Assembly (NCBI RefSeq): GCF_018977255.1
Contig: NW_024704742.1
Span: 93,870,001-93,934,000 of the forward strand
Origin: Callorhinchus milii
Lineage: Eukaryota
Reading direction: 5' to 3'
Length of the DNA stretch: 64,000 nucleotides
Shown: in pieces, positions 14,196 to 26,500 of the stretch
Position numbering within the stretch: the first letter of the stretch is position 1
Layout: each line of letters begins with the position of its first letter
Translations under genes and position numbers: made by a program
Notes under the pieces: generated by a model
Databases searched by the model: none
The model's input: only the letters and a program-made list of their open reading frames with translations
What the model was told of the DNA's origin: nothing

Positions 14196-15579
14196 TGGTG
14201 GGACTTTGGAGGAGCTCCATTCTAGCCCTTTGAATGCTGTAGAAATTGTAGTTCGGAGACAGTATCTTTCATTCTCCACCCCCTCAAAACATTTTGTAAC
14301 TTTAAGAATAAGTGTGTATATTCACTATACAGAAATCTGAATTTGTAATGAGTCTTGTGATACAAAAAAGGTGCAGCTGGATTATTGCTTTCCAGTGTGA
14401 CTTGAAATGGCTCCATCAATCATGCAGTAAATCCTCAATAAGTAGAGGATAAAGTCATTCTGGCAGGTTATGCTTGTAAGGTAATAAGCAGTCTTACAGC
14501 CTTTTATTATTTTACATTCTGACATATTGGTGCGGGAACTTGCCAGTTCGTACCTTGTTAGTATCATAGGACCCCCTTCCAAGGAGCATGCCATTGGGAG
14601 GGTGTTTTATGTGGTATCTGTGTTAATGAGGGTGTCATAAACAACTAATGTGCTATGTAAATCATTGTATATTGTGGAATGCTAAAGGGAGGATTGTGTG
14701 ATGTTCGTGTGAAACATTAGAATACTATAGATTGGTAGAAGGAAGTTACAAATCAGTCAACAGTGAAGGAATTCAATCAAGGCCACAATTGTGACAGTAA
14801 ACCATCAAGCGCTTTATGGTTTGAATGTCATTGTGCATTGCCTGTTGTTTCTTCTCCCTTTTTGGTTTTTATTTTTTAATTGTATATCATTTGTAATGTT
14901 TTTTTTCGCTATTTTTGAGTTTAGCCACAGGAGAGGTGACAACAAATGGAACGGGAACGAAGGTTACATTTATAATAATACATGGTTGGGTGAAATTCCA
15001 ATAGATTTTGTGGTTTGAGCTTGTTTTATGATCACAATGTTCAGAAATAGGGCCCCCTATAACTGTGTAGCAACTTATAACTAATAAGAGGTCACTAGAC
15101 ACCTCTGTAAATCATCCCTATTTAATGCAGTACATGCATATGTTAAGAATTTAAGAGGTTAAGGTCTATGAGTATGAAGCAGTTTTGATTCTCAGTCCCT
15201 TGTACAGTAGCTACCTCCTCACCATATCCCTTAATCTATTGTCTTTCCATTGGTTGCCTCTTGAAGCCATTCATACTGTCTGCTTCAGTAGACTTTACTG
15301 ATCATGTATAAGATTTGCTTTCTTCTTTGGCTTCATTCATAATAATTAGCCAGTCTCACATGAGAGTTATCTAACTGGACACTGATGCTCGAGAATCATG
15401 ATGCAAAATTGCAAAGGCATATGGAGGAGGGAAGAAAATGGTAAGAAAATACTTTGCACATTTTGATATACCAAAATCCATGGATTATTCTAAATTCAGG
15501 TATTACTCAAAGTATGTAGGGAATCAATTCGCCTTATATGGTGTTGGGTAAAAATTGCAATATATCGTGACCAATTCAA

Positions 15580-15854
15580 CATGATATCACATTGAAACAG
15601 AAGCAGAGAGAGCTGGGAAAGCTCAGCAGGTCAGACAGCATCTATGGAGAAAGGAAAGTGAGTCAACGTTTCGGGTCCACGACCCTTCGTCAGTTGAGTT
15701 CTGACGGAGGGTCGTGGACCCGAAACGTTGACTCGCTTTCCTTTCTTCATAGATGCTGCCTGACTGACCTGCTGAGTTTTTCCAGCTCTCTCTTTTTGTT
15801 TCAGATTTCTAGCATCTGCAGTATTTTGTGTTTTGTTCATGATATCACATTGAA
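15580..15854. mobile_element. Penelope-like-element-derived palindromic insertion with 17-bp target-site duplication and hammerhead motifs
   Basis: CATGATATCACATTGAA at 15580-15596 and 15838-15854; inverted arms 15593-15693 and 15701-15803; CTGACG(A/G)A-GGGTC-GTG-GACCC-GAAACGTT motif on both strands. Confidence 0.8.
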
Positions 15855-15952
15855 TCTGTTATGAATTATCTGCATTTTCCCCCATAGTGTGTATGTGTTT
15901 TATGTTTACAAAGAGATTTCACTTATTGTATGTATTCGTAAATTGTATTATC

Positions 15953-16152
15953 TGTCTTTCGAATGAGACGTTAAACCGAGGTCTCACTTGCTTATTCAGA
16001 GAGGCTTTAAAAATCCCATGGCACTATTTGAAAAGAGAAGGGAGTTTCTCCTGGTGTCCTGGCCAACAATCCTCCAGGTAGAACTGGTCATTCACTTTAG
16101 AAGGACATTGCTGTATGCAAATTGGCTGTCAAGTTCGCCCACAAAATACAGT
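15953..16152 (+). mobile_element. Deu-domain SINE fragment
   Basis: GTCTTTCGAATGAGACGTTAAACCGAGG...ATCCCATGGCACTATTTGAA...CTCCTGGTGTCCTGGCCAA resembles the DeuSINE central domain. Confidence 0.75.
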
Positions 16153-16183
16153 TACTATACTTATAATCTTACAGTTACTACAC

Positions 16184-16514
16184 TAATAATCCCTCGAAAA
16201 CCAATAGCAATAATAAATTGGTCATTTTCAATCCACGACCGTTTGTGGGACATTGCTGTGCGCAATTGGCTGCCGCGTTCGCCCACAAATATACAGTCAA
16301 TTCACTTTACAGTGTGTTCTGTGAAACGCTTTGGGACGTCCTCCCGATGTGAAAAGCGCTATATCAAATGCAAGGATTATTATTATTTACAGCACAATTT
16401 AGTCTTTGTAGATAACTACAGTATAGTACAATAATGCAAGGATTATTAATCCTGTGAAATGCTTTGAGACGTCTTCCGATGTGACGGTTGCTATATCAAA
16501 TGTAAGTATTATTT
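16184..16514 (+). mobile_element. 5'-truncated tRNA-SINE followed by additional stacked SINE tails
   Basis: 16184-16386 matches 49636-49842; further tail copies at about 16434-16514. Confidence 0.85.
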
Positions 16515-16700
16515 TCATGGAATGCTATAATTTTCAAGAGAAAACTCTGTAGCTTAATGACTAGCAAGCCTTACTTTACGAGAACAATAGTCTGTTAGAA
16601 ATGATTATCATCATTGTAACCTGAATGTATTGCTGCTTTCATTTTAAAAAAACATGCCTGACAGGGCAATTCAGAAAACATTGCCTTTTTTTCCCTGCAG

Positions 16701-16890
16701 TTGGTGGTAGAGTGAGTCGAGAATTATCATACACACGACAGAAGATAGGGGAGGAGGCAATGTTCAATCCACAGATCATGATACAAACACCTGTTGAGGA
16801 AGGTGCTAATGTTCTAACACTTGAAGCATTACAGCAGCACCTTGAGTCTGCGATGAAAGCCAGCAGAGTGCAAGTTTACTTGTACAACAA
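16701..16890 (+). CDS. PTCH1: PTCH1 exon 3 (190 nt)
   Basis: ccctgcag|TTGGT...ACAACAA|gtaagt; (V)[30 protein letters not shown]...VYLYN. Confidence 0.97.
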
Positions 16891-16968
16891 GTAAGTGCCG
16901 TCAAATCACCACATCTTTGCGCTTTCAAATCTTTTACTTCAATTTTTTTTTAAAAAAGTTATTTTTTT

Positions 16969-17201
16969 CAGTGGCCGCCCTTTCAGCCACTACGTCCCAA
17001 AACTCTGGAACACGCTGCCTCAATCCCTTTGCCTTGCCCCCTCCTTCCCCACCTTCAGGTCGAGCCTGAAGATCTTCCTCTTCAACTGTGCCTACAGTCA
17101 CCTCCCCCTCCCCCCCCGGCTCGGTGTCGTGGTCCCCCACTGTCGAGCACTCTGGGACCGTACCCTACGTGAGGGGCGCTATATAAATGCAAATTGTTAT
17201 T
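16969..17201 (+). mobile_element. L2 3' end fragment in intron 3
   Basis: GRPFSHYVPKLWNTLPQSL...FRSSLKIFLF then GGCGCTATATAAATGCAAATTG. Confidence 0.85.
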
Positions 17202-17360
17202 CTCTTCACTCTTTGTAGATACTGAGCTTTCTGATGTATTATGGGTTAAGCACTAATGTTTTAGACTGGCCAACATCTCCCTATGGAAATCGTCAAGTCC
17301 ACTTTTTTTCCCATTTCTGTTCAACGTTCATTTGAACTAATATATTTGTTTCTATTTTAG

Positions 17361-17430
17361 ACAGTGGAACTTAGACAACTTATGTTATAAATCAGGAGCA
17401 CTTGTAACGGAAACCAGTTGGATGGACCAG
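17361..17430 (+). CDS. PTCH1: PTCH1 exon 4 (70 nt)
   Basis: ttttag|ACAG...GACCAG|gtatgt; [23 protein letters not shown]. Confidence 0.96.
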
Positions 17431-17520
17431 GTATGTCCCAGTTATTTATTTATTGCTGACTGTAATTTTAATTTGTTTGAGATTACTATGATACTAAATG
17501 TATTATTCTGTTGTTGCCAG

Positions 17521-17612
17521 CTTATTGAAAAATTGTACCCTTGTGTAATAATCTCACCCTTGGACTGCTTCTGGGAAGGTGCTAAACTACAGTTAGGAAC
17601 ACTCTACCTACC
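17521..17612 (+). CDS. PTCH1: PTCH1 exon 5 (92 nt)
   Basis: tgccag|CTT...CTACC|gtaagt; [30 protein letters not shown]. Confidence 0.97.
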
Positions 17613-19235
17613 GTAAGTCAATCTTCTTCATTGCTCGTCAGTAGTTAAAGACCATGTTTACGTTGTTGGAAAGCATTTGCATTTTTCTGAACATTTCAAA
17701 TGCCTCCTTTTAAATGTCAGAAACATTTAAAAGGCACATGTAAGATCAAGATTAGATGGAAGGTGCCTCAAAGTGCCTGATGTTTAATACTCACGGAGAC
17801 TGAGGACTTTCAATGTGATTTTTCATTGGTATTTAAGATAAGATCATTTTGTAACTTTTTAGTTTTGGTATAGAAATTACAGCCTAAGTATTTGTATCAA
17901 TAAATCTTTAAACTGAATTAAACATGTTTTTAAAACAAGCCTTGGTTTTACGCAGTTTGTATATCTTCCAGTTAGTGTTAGTTAGTGTTTGGGGACATAA
18001 TTGGTTTGGATTCTGTTGTCTACTCCTGTCGGTCTGTGCTCCTACCTGCTAACAGTAGCATTGAAAACCCATTTTCTAACATGTGACTATTCAATAGGCA
18101 ATTTTACTTAGTTATTTCAGTCCAGGAATAGCATATAGATAGATGAAAGTATTCCCAGCAGGAATTGTGGGCTAATTTTTCTCACCGAGGGAGTGTGGAA
18201 GCTTTTGGATGGGAGGGAGCGGGGAGATTGGGATAGGACTGATAATATTAGACTGGAATTGTAAAAAAAAAAGACTTGTACAAAAGCTTTTACAAATTGA
18301 TTGGAATCCATGTAACTGAATCATCCGCGCTTGAGTAATTTTATTTATAGCAGATACAAAGTGTTTGGGAAATGTCAGTGTTGGCACCAGATTAGAAAAG
18401 ATTTCTTCATAGCTGAAAGTGAAAAAATATGATATGGTTTTAAGAGAGAGAGAGAGAGATGGAGACAATTTAAGCTGACAGCATTATAGCTCAATCCTAC
18501 AGCAGTTATTTGATTTAAAAATAAATCTTCAAAAACAAAATCTTGATCAAACGTCTCAGTTTATAATATTTCGTGTTTTTCGTGGTTGCACGTCTCAGTG
18601 AGTATTACTTATGCCAATCGTCTTCGACCCTGACGGTGCCTGGTTCATATTGTAAATAAGGTTTTTTTTGTGTTTTCTGGTTGGGAGAGTTGGAATAATG
18701 ACTCAAGCCTGGTTAAGCAGATACAATGTGGTTTGAACCACAAAACAACCCAGCCAAAAGCTTCTCCAGTCTGTCAGCATTGGGAAGAAATTCAAAAGAG
18801 GGGATGTTGGTCGATTGCCAGGTTGTCAGAGAGCATAAAGAAGTAAGGTATCATTAGTGGTAATAAAGGTCAGTTATTATGATTGATTCAGGTATAAAAA
18901 CAGTTATTATTATAATACAGTAGGGTTGTAATCGGACATTATGTCACAGTTTTTTGATGTGCCAGCTGCTAGCTTCTTATGCTGTGAATGTATAAAAATG
19001 ACTCATATCTTCACAAAGGGAATGGCTCAGTAGGCACCCACTTTCAGCACTTCCACATTAAACACTCCTTTACTTCACAGCATCAATCAGAGTTAGAGAC
19101 CGAGTTTATCTTGGAAAATATACATACGCTGGGTGAGACTTTTTTTCTTTGCCCTTAACTTAACCAAAATCAAGATTAAGAAGAACGCTTTGGTCATGGA
19201 ACAATGGGGTCAAAATTGCGGAATGTAATAGAATC

Positions 19236-19385
19236 ATTATCATATTGACCAAAAAATTAATTCAATAGCAATCAGTAGTTTTCACTGGCCTTTTGATGAG
19301 ACGGGGTGGGGGCTGGGTGGCATAGCCCCAAGGCTAGTGACAACTACTGATTGCTATTGAATGCATCTTTGGTCAATATGATAAT
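19236..19385. repeat. Inverted repeat with ~57-bp arms, intron 5
   Basis: Arms 19236-19292 and 19330-19385, containing perfect 18-bp and 20-bp blocks. Confidence 0.9.
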
Positions 19386-20702
19386 TATCACCAGTGATAC
19401 TATCACACGCCACAATTTTGACTCAAACACACGCATTTTTTTGAGGGGGAGTGATTGTTTAATTTCTTGCTGTTTGCACGGGTTCAGTGTGAGGGCAGTT
19501 TTCATGCTGCGTTATGTTATGGTCGAGTTCATTTTAGGTATCGGTGTTTTAGCAAGCAAATTGTTTTCTGACGTGTCTGTATCACAACACTGCTCCAACT
19601 GGATCTGCAACATGCAGGGCTCTCAGTGAGATGGAATTTACCGCAATTTACATCTTAGAATGTATTCTATAGCATGGGTGGTAAACAAGTTAACAGCAGA
19701 GTGTACAGGTTGGTATGCGTATAGTTGATCAGGATAATGGCAGCGTTGGGGTAAAAAATAAGCCATTCACGAGCCATGGTCACTGTGCTAATTCTGTTTT
19801 GTGACCATATTCGGCTGTTTTTTAGCTGGTGTTTTGATTTCCAAGTTCAATGTTGGACTTTTCTTCGGGCTTTAGCTCAGCCAAGAAATGTTCCCAAAGC
19901 AAAGGCATTTGCAGCTTTCGGTTTGTGAATGTCAGGTTGTCGACCTTATTAACTAGCATTAGATCTTCCCTGATCTCTGAGGTAGCCTTGGGCAGAGCAG
20001 TGATGCTATACAGGTGAACTGAGGCTCAGCCACCAACCAGCAACCTGAAAATCCAACCCAGCATTCAGTGCCACTGGGAGCAGCTTGTATGTTCCTGCCT
20101 CTGGTGATGCTGCTTCCAGAGCCTGAGAGAACTCCCATCTCACGAGGTGTTAGTCCACACCTCTACGGACAGCGATGCCTTCCTACAAATCTTGCAGGAC
20201 TGACTCCTGCTAAGGTGGGGCTGCCATCAATAACAACAATAATAACAAAATTACATTTGTATGGAGCAGTGCCCCTTGCAAAGTAAATGCAGCATTGGTT
20301 TTTCAGACAGTACAAAGATTACCTCATCGAGTCTGTTGCAATACGGTCCCAAATGTCACAGTACTTTCTCTGAATGCTGCAGATATTAACTTTCTTGCTG
20401 AACATTACAAATTTCAAGCTTCTTTTCCCTGCTACAAAATGATTGTGTTTGGCTTTGGAAGTTAATGCTGTATCGGCATTGAAAATCTAGCCCTTGGAGT
20501 GAAGTGCGACATGCAACATAATACGTGAAGATCTCATGATGTCCAGTGGTTTTGTTGAGCTAAATGTGTTTGGTGTTAATTCTTGATGAACACGCAACAT
20601 GAGCAGTCTTGTTTTAGTGTGTTGGGAAGCTCATATAGCAATCTCTCTGTAGTGATGATTTCTGTTACAAAATATTAAAGATGACATATTCTTCTTTGGC
20701 AG

Positions 20703-20901
20703 AGGTAAACCAGAGTTGCAGTGGACAAACCTTGATCCCTTAGAATTCCTGGAGGAGCTGAAGCACCTTAAGCACGAGGTGGATGGTTGGGAGGAGATGC
20801 TGAACAAGGCTGATGTTGGACATGGTTACATGGACCGCCCTTGCCTCAACCCTGCGAATCCTGACTGCCCACGTAATGCCCCAAACAAAAATTCAACAAC
20901 A
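20703..20901 (+). CDS. PTCH1: PTCH1 exon 6 (199 nt)
   Basis: tggcag|AGGT...ACAACA|gtaagc; [19 protein letters not shown]...[26 protein letters not shown]. Confidence 0.97.
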
Positions 20902-21148
20902 GTAAGCAAATTATATATTGTTTTCTTAAGGTGAAAATCAGGGTTTCCATTTAAACAGCGAATAATGATCACTTGTTGTGGGAAGACTGGCTTTGGATGC
21001 ATGGTTTGCCTTAATTCTCATTTCCTCGCAACTATCAGCATTTCATTGTTAACAAAGTGTGTCTGATATTACCATTTGTAAAATTTGAAATGAATCTCTT
21101 GTTACTGAATTCTTCCTAACCCCTGTGATGCACTTACTGTATTTGCAG

Positions 21149-21270
21149 CCTCTTGATATTGCTCGTGTGTTAAGTGGTGGCTGTCAGGGATTATCAAAAA
21201 AATACATGCACTGGCAAGAGGAGCTGGTAGTAGGGGGTACCACAAAGAACAGCAGTGGAAAACTACAGAG
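21149..21270 (+). CDS. PTCH1: PTCH1 exon 7 (122 nt)
   Basis: ttgcag|CCT...CAGAG|gtaagt; [40 protein letters not shown]. Confidence 0.97.
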
Positions 21271-22163
21271 GTAAGTGGTCAAACCAGCAATGGACAAAAC
21301 ATTTCTTTTATACAAATAATTTTGGAGTTGCCATTAGCTACATTTTGGGACAACCAAGCCACTAAAATATTTCTCTTTTCTGTGGAAGCAGAGGTATAAA
21401 ATAACTCTGTGCATCTTTTTACTGTGCATTATTGAATCAATTTAAATTGATATCTGTATAGTTGAATATAACATAAGCTTGATGAGTGTTTTAATGATAC
21501 TGAAGACACTCTCTGAAATATCTAACATTCTGCCCCAGCAAAACTATGAGATCAACCATGTTGAAGTAAAATAATACCGATTCACATTCACCTTGTTCAC
21601 CTTCAAATAAGCTTTTCAGTTACTATACAGTAAATCATTGAAACACTTTAAGATGGTTTGATGATGTGATAAGGTGCTATAATCAAATACAAGTATTACT
21701 ATTATTTTATGTTAATTGTTAAAATGAGCTCTTGTTTCACTATATCTTTTAACTGGGGTTTCTACGGTAAAATCAAGTGAGCGATCTCTTAACTTTACGG
21801 TAAGATAGACACATTGTCTTTTAAACATACTGCAGAGTTTCTGTTCTTGTTCCAAGTGATTTCCAATGCTACTTTGAATGATGCAAAACCTCTCTAGCAA
21901 CATCACTGAATTTACACAGATAAAAAATGCCTTATTTTCTTTGCTGTTTCTAAAATGTGCACAAGATTATTACACAGTACATCTTCATTTTCAAGTTAAT
22001 TTTTAAGTCCAGCTTGTTAAAAAGTATTGTTTTAAGGTTAGTTGTGGCGGGGAGTGGGGAGAAGCTGTAAGGTTTTGAGTCATTCATGACTTCATGAGCT
22101 TGAGTTCTCTTCCTGGTAATGTTTATATATTCCCATCCCCCACCTCTCCCTCTCTCCCTTCAG

Positions 22164-22311
22164 TGCTCAAGCTCTCCAGACCATGTTTCAGTTAATGACC
22201 CCCAAGCAGATGTATGAACACTTCAAGGATTATTATTACGTTTCGGATATCAACTGGAATCTGGACAAAGCTGCAGCCATTCTGGAGGCCTGGCAGAGGA
22301 AATATGTTGAG
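22164..22311 (+). CDS. PTCH1: PTCH1 exon 8 (148 nt)
   Basis: cttcag|TGCT...GTTGAG|gtacaa; [20 protein letters not shown]...[14 protein letters not shown]. Confidence 0.97.
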
Positions 22312-23630
22312 GTACAAATGCAAAATAAAAAGGAATTTAAAGGCGCTTTTGTTTACTCGTTGAAATCTGCATGTTGAAATTAGATATAACAGGAGTCTGT
22401 GGAGCACTTTCGCCACTGTGCTATGTGCTCAGCATGCAGTCTTCACTTTATTCTTCTAACTTACTCAAAACAGGTAAAATCCCACTGAAGACTACTCAAG
22501 TTTTATTTCTGTGTGTTTTTTTTATTCAACTTTGTAGTAAGTTGCGTTTCAGTGTTTGGAGTTCTGTGGATGTGGGGCTGCCTATAATAGGAAGGATGTG
22601 TCTGTCAAATGGTCAATTTAGCTTCCAGATGTGGCTTCCTGCAGTGAAGCCTGCTTCTGTCTCTTTTTGCTACACACTTTTCGGGGGGAAAAAGTATTTG
22701 CTGGGTAATGCCCGACTTGAGATAAACTGTTGGGATTGAGAATTCTTGGTACAGGTATTATTGTTTTTGGAAGGCTACCTGCAGAGACATTAGCCTGATT
22801 ATAAGCCGGCGCTGCTCAGTGTTGTACCCAAAAGCCTGAGCAATATTTGTTTGTCTTCAGTGTTTGAATTTCGCACACACACGGAGATAGGAACATATAA
22901 GGCCTGTGCTAAACTGAGCAACAATCGCCCACTGTGATTGTTACTCTGTTTATTAAAAAGAAGGTGTCTGGAAAACATTAGCTCGGCACAGAATCTGCTC
23001 ACAGCTGCAGTTGCATTGGTAGAGTCATGTGACATCATCTGGCATTTGTTTCCCGGGCAGTGACCTTTGTAAAGTAGCCCGAGACCCCATATGCTGGCCA
23101 GCCAATGAAGCATGAGTGAGGAGCCCCTGAAGTCTTTTTTGTGTTGCTTGGGCATGATGAGGAATCTGATCGACGACTAAAGCTGTGGTCTTTGCTGTGT
23201 GAGTGGGGAAAAAAGCAGAAGGATCTTTTTGCATCCTAGGCAGAATAGGGGTGATTCGGTAAATCCTTTGAATGAAGTGAGGTGGAGTAATATGAAGTGA
23301 ATCCTTTTAAGTACCGCAGTTGATCTCCTTTTCCAATATATTGCTGGGCATCTTGTGTGATTATTCAGTGCCCCTGTATAGAATTGCAACAAATATGACA
23401 TCAAGGCTCCACATCTTTCATGCAATTATAATTCTTGCTGAATAACCTTTGACTTGGCTGATTTGTTTCTGGAAAGTTTTCTTTTTTAACTGTTGCTTTA
23501 GGAGCTTCATCAGAAATTCTCTTCAGACACGTTACCGACAAGGCAGCGCTTATTGGAAAATAAGAAAAATGTTTTAACATCACCACTGTGCCTTGCTTTT
23601 AATGCATGTTTGTACTTACTCTTTTTACAG

Positions 23631-23762
23631 GTTGTCCATCAAAGTGTTGCACAGAATTCGAGCCAGAAGGTACTTTCGTTCTCTACTACTACCCTTGCGG
23701 ACATCCTCAAATCCTTTTCCAGTGTCAGTGTTATCCGAGTCGCTGGAGGCTATCTGTTAATG
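23631..23762 (+). CDS. PTCH1: PTCH1 exon 9 (132 nt)
   Basis: ttacag|GTT...TTAATG|gtgagt; [30 protein letters not shown]...GGYLLM. Confidence 0.97.
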
Positions 23763-24066
23763 GTGAGTTGATTCCACATGGCTCAGGATTGAAAGCATGG
23801 AAATGTTAGCATTGCTTGCTTTTAATGGTCAAATATTCAATACTGGTGAAACTGGAAGTAAAGTTTAGATGAGAGCAGGCGGATAGTTTGATCATGTTCT
23901 CATGAAATAATCAGCTTTGTGGTATTTTGTTTGTCGGGCAATGAGTTACAAACATGATGTATTGTGCTTTTTGTTTTTAATTTACAAAAGACTTTTGAAG
24001 TTGTCTTAATCCAGTCAGTTGTGGTTTGAAACTTATGAGAAAGTGGTTTGTGATGTTCTGCTCTGA

Positions 24067-24350
<284 letters not shown>

Positions 24351-25635
24351 ATTTACATTAAAGTTACCTTTTAAAACATTTATTCTTTCAGTCAAAACAA
24401 TTCTCGGTCTTGTATAAACTTCCGCAGCATCATTTCATGTCACATGTGTATTAGGAGAGAAGAAGTTAAAGAGCTCCTAGATATAGAAACGTAAGAGTGT
24501 TACAGCACAGAAAGAGGCCGTTTGGTTCATTACTGACGTCTTTCTTTCTTTGAATAAGACCCGAGTCTAATCTCATTTGCTTAAGCATGTATAACGTCAT
24601 GGTGACCTGATGACCGGGAAATTGGCCATATTTTGGTATGAATATATGTGTGAATATATGCATAAGTCCATATAACCCCGTTCCACATTATATAACACTG
24701 ACTGACGATCACGGCCCTATTGTAAGGTGGATTGGACTTTTATGGACACCTCACCCCCACCAACTCATGTTACATTGGGCTCAACCTGTGAAACGCAAAA
24801 AAAATTAAAGCAATATTTTGCAACTGAGCTTGGCATTTCATGAAGAGTCAACAGACTGCGTTCACATTGGTAGTTAATGTTGCCATTGTATTGTTCTCCC
24901 ATATTCTTTGAACATTGTAATAAGGGAAGTCAGTGTAGATTTGATTTTTCTTCAATGTCAAATTCAGACTGACCCGTCGAATCGGGTCAGTCATGGACTG
25001 GAACCACTTTGGATCTGATAGCGGTGTTCAGATTACCACTGAAGCAGACCACGTGAGTGTAGGTGTGGCTTTGCTAGCACTGGTGAGACTGAAATTCTGT
25101 TGCCATTCAAAGTTATGGCATAGAGCCCTCAATTGCTCTGGACATCACAATATCATGTATGCCGTTCATTGAGCTCTGCCAGGTCACCTTCACTTGTGCA
25201 AAGCTGTTTGAGTTCTCACATTTCAATTAGCATTCATTTTTGTGAGTGGGAGCCAGTTACTCAGACTTGTTGCTAGCCCGTAATATTATAATAATAATAA
25301 TATTAGGTCTAAACTGGCAGCCCTAAGGCAAAGTTACATTTCTGCACACTAAACTGTAGAAGCCCTGAAAAGGGATGCTTGTTTTAGTGAGATGAGTGAG
25401 GAACTTTGGATAGGGTGTGCACAACAGGGCCTCTTGAATATTATATGTTTATAATTGAGTTTAATGTTGCACTGTTCAAACTTTAGAATGATGCTTTTTG
25501 ATGGAATTCATACAGAATTAAGCACTGTGAGCATTTTGTGCATTAAAATGCCCAAGGAAAGTAATCTGTAACATCTCGTTATTGAACTAACTGATAGAGC
25601 GAACGTTACTAACTGCATTAGAAAGTGTTCAGTAA

Positions 25636-25809
<174 letters not shown>

Positions 25810-26491
25810 TAAGAGAAACCATGTGGCAGTACTGTGTTTCCTCGTTGCATATTGATCTCTTGAAATAATTCCCAAGTTATTTTAGCTACTGCAGAAAACT
25901 GGTTTCAAGTTGAGACTGAATTCAACAATTTGCCAAATTCTGGATGCTACGTAAATAGAGTAAATCTAGACTCAGGGGAGTTTCTCCTTAAAGTATAGTG
26001 ACTGTATTCTATGGTTACATAGAAGTATGGATTTTCAAGCTGAAATGAGCCATGTTTTCTGCATCATTTGGATATATTTTGATTAGGACTTTTATTTTTC
26101 TAAGGTCTTTTTTAAGGGGATAGAGTTTTGTATTTTTTTAAAAGTAATTGAACCATTGTTTAATTTGAACTTAACAGCACTTAATATTAATGGAGCAACA
26201 ATTTTCTTAACAAAGCAACATAAGCCCAAGCATAATGTTTTAGGAACTTAATGACATAGCAATTGTCTACAAGAAACCTCAATTTACTCGGACTGGGTCT
26301 TCCTCTCTTTTATCTCTCGCCAGTCTCTACCCCTCCACCCACACATGGTGACTCCTCAGTTCCCTGTGTTTTTTGTTATCAAGCTTAAAGCATTTTGGCT
26401 GTCTCAATCAGCTGTACCTTTTATGTGGTTTAAATCAAAAAGTAAGGAGGAAAAACATTATCCACTGGTTTTGAAAGACTGACTAGCACGA

Positions 26492-26500
26492 TGTGTGGTC
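26492..26500 (-). promoter_or_regulatory. GLI variant site GACCACACA, intron 11
   Basis: TGTGTGGTC on +; 8/9 match in a non-repetitive block. Confidence 0.4.

Noticed and set aside
19293..19300. Hammerhead core in the intron 5 hairpin loop (TTGATGAG)
   Set aside because: First core base is wrong and there is no helix II-GAAA downstream.
24967..24992. 10-bp stem, 6-nt loop hairpin resembling a terminator
   Set aside because: Eukaryotic intron, no U-tract; an isolated short hairpin with no assignable function.
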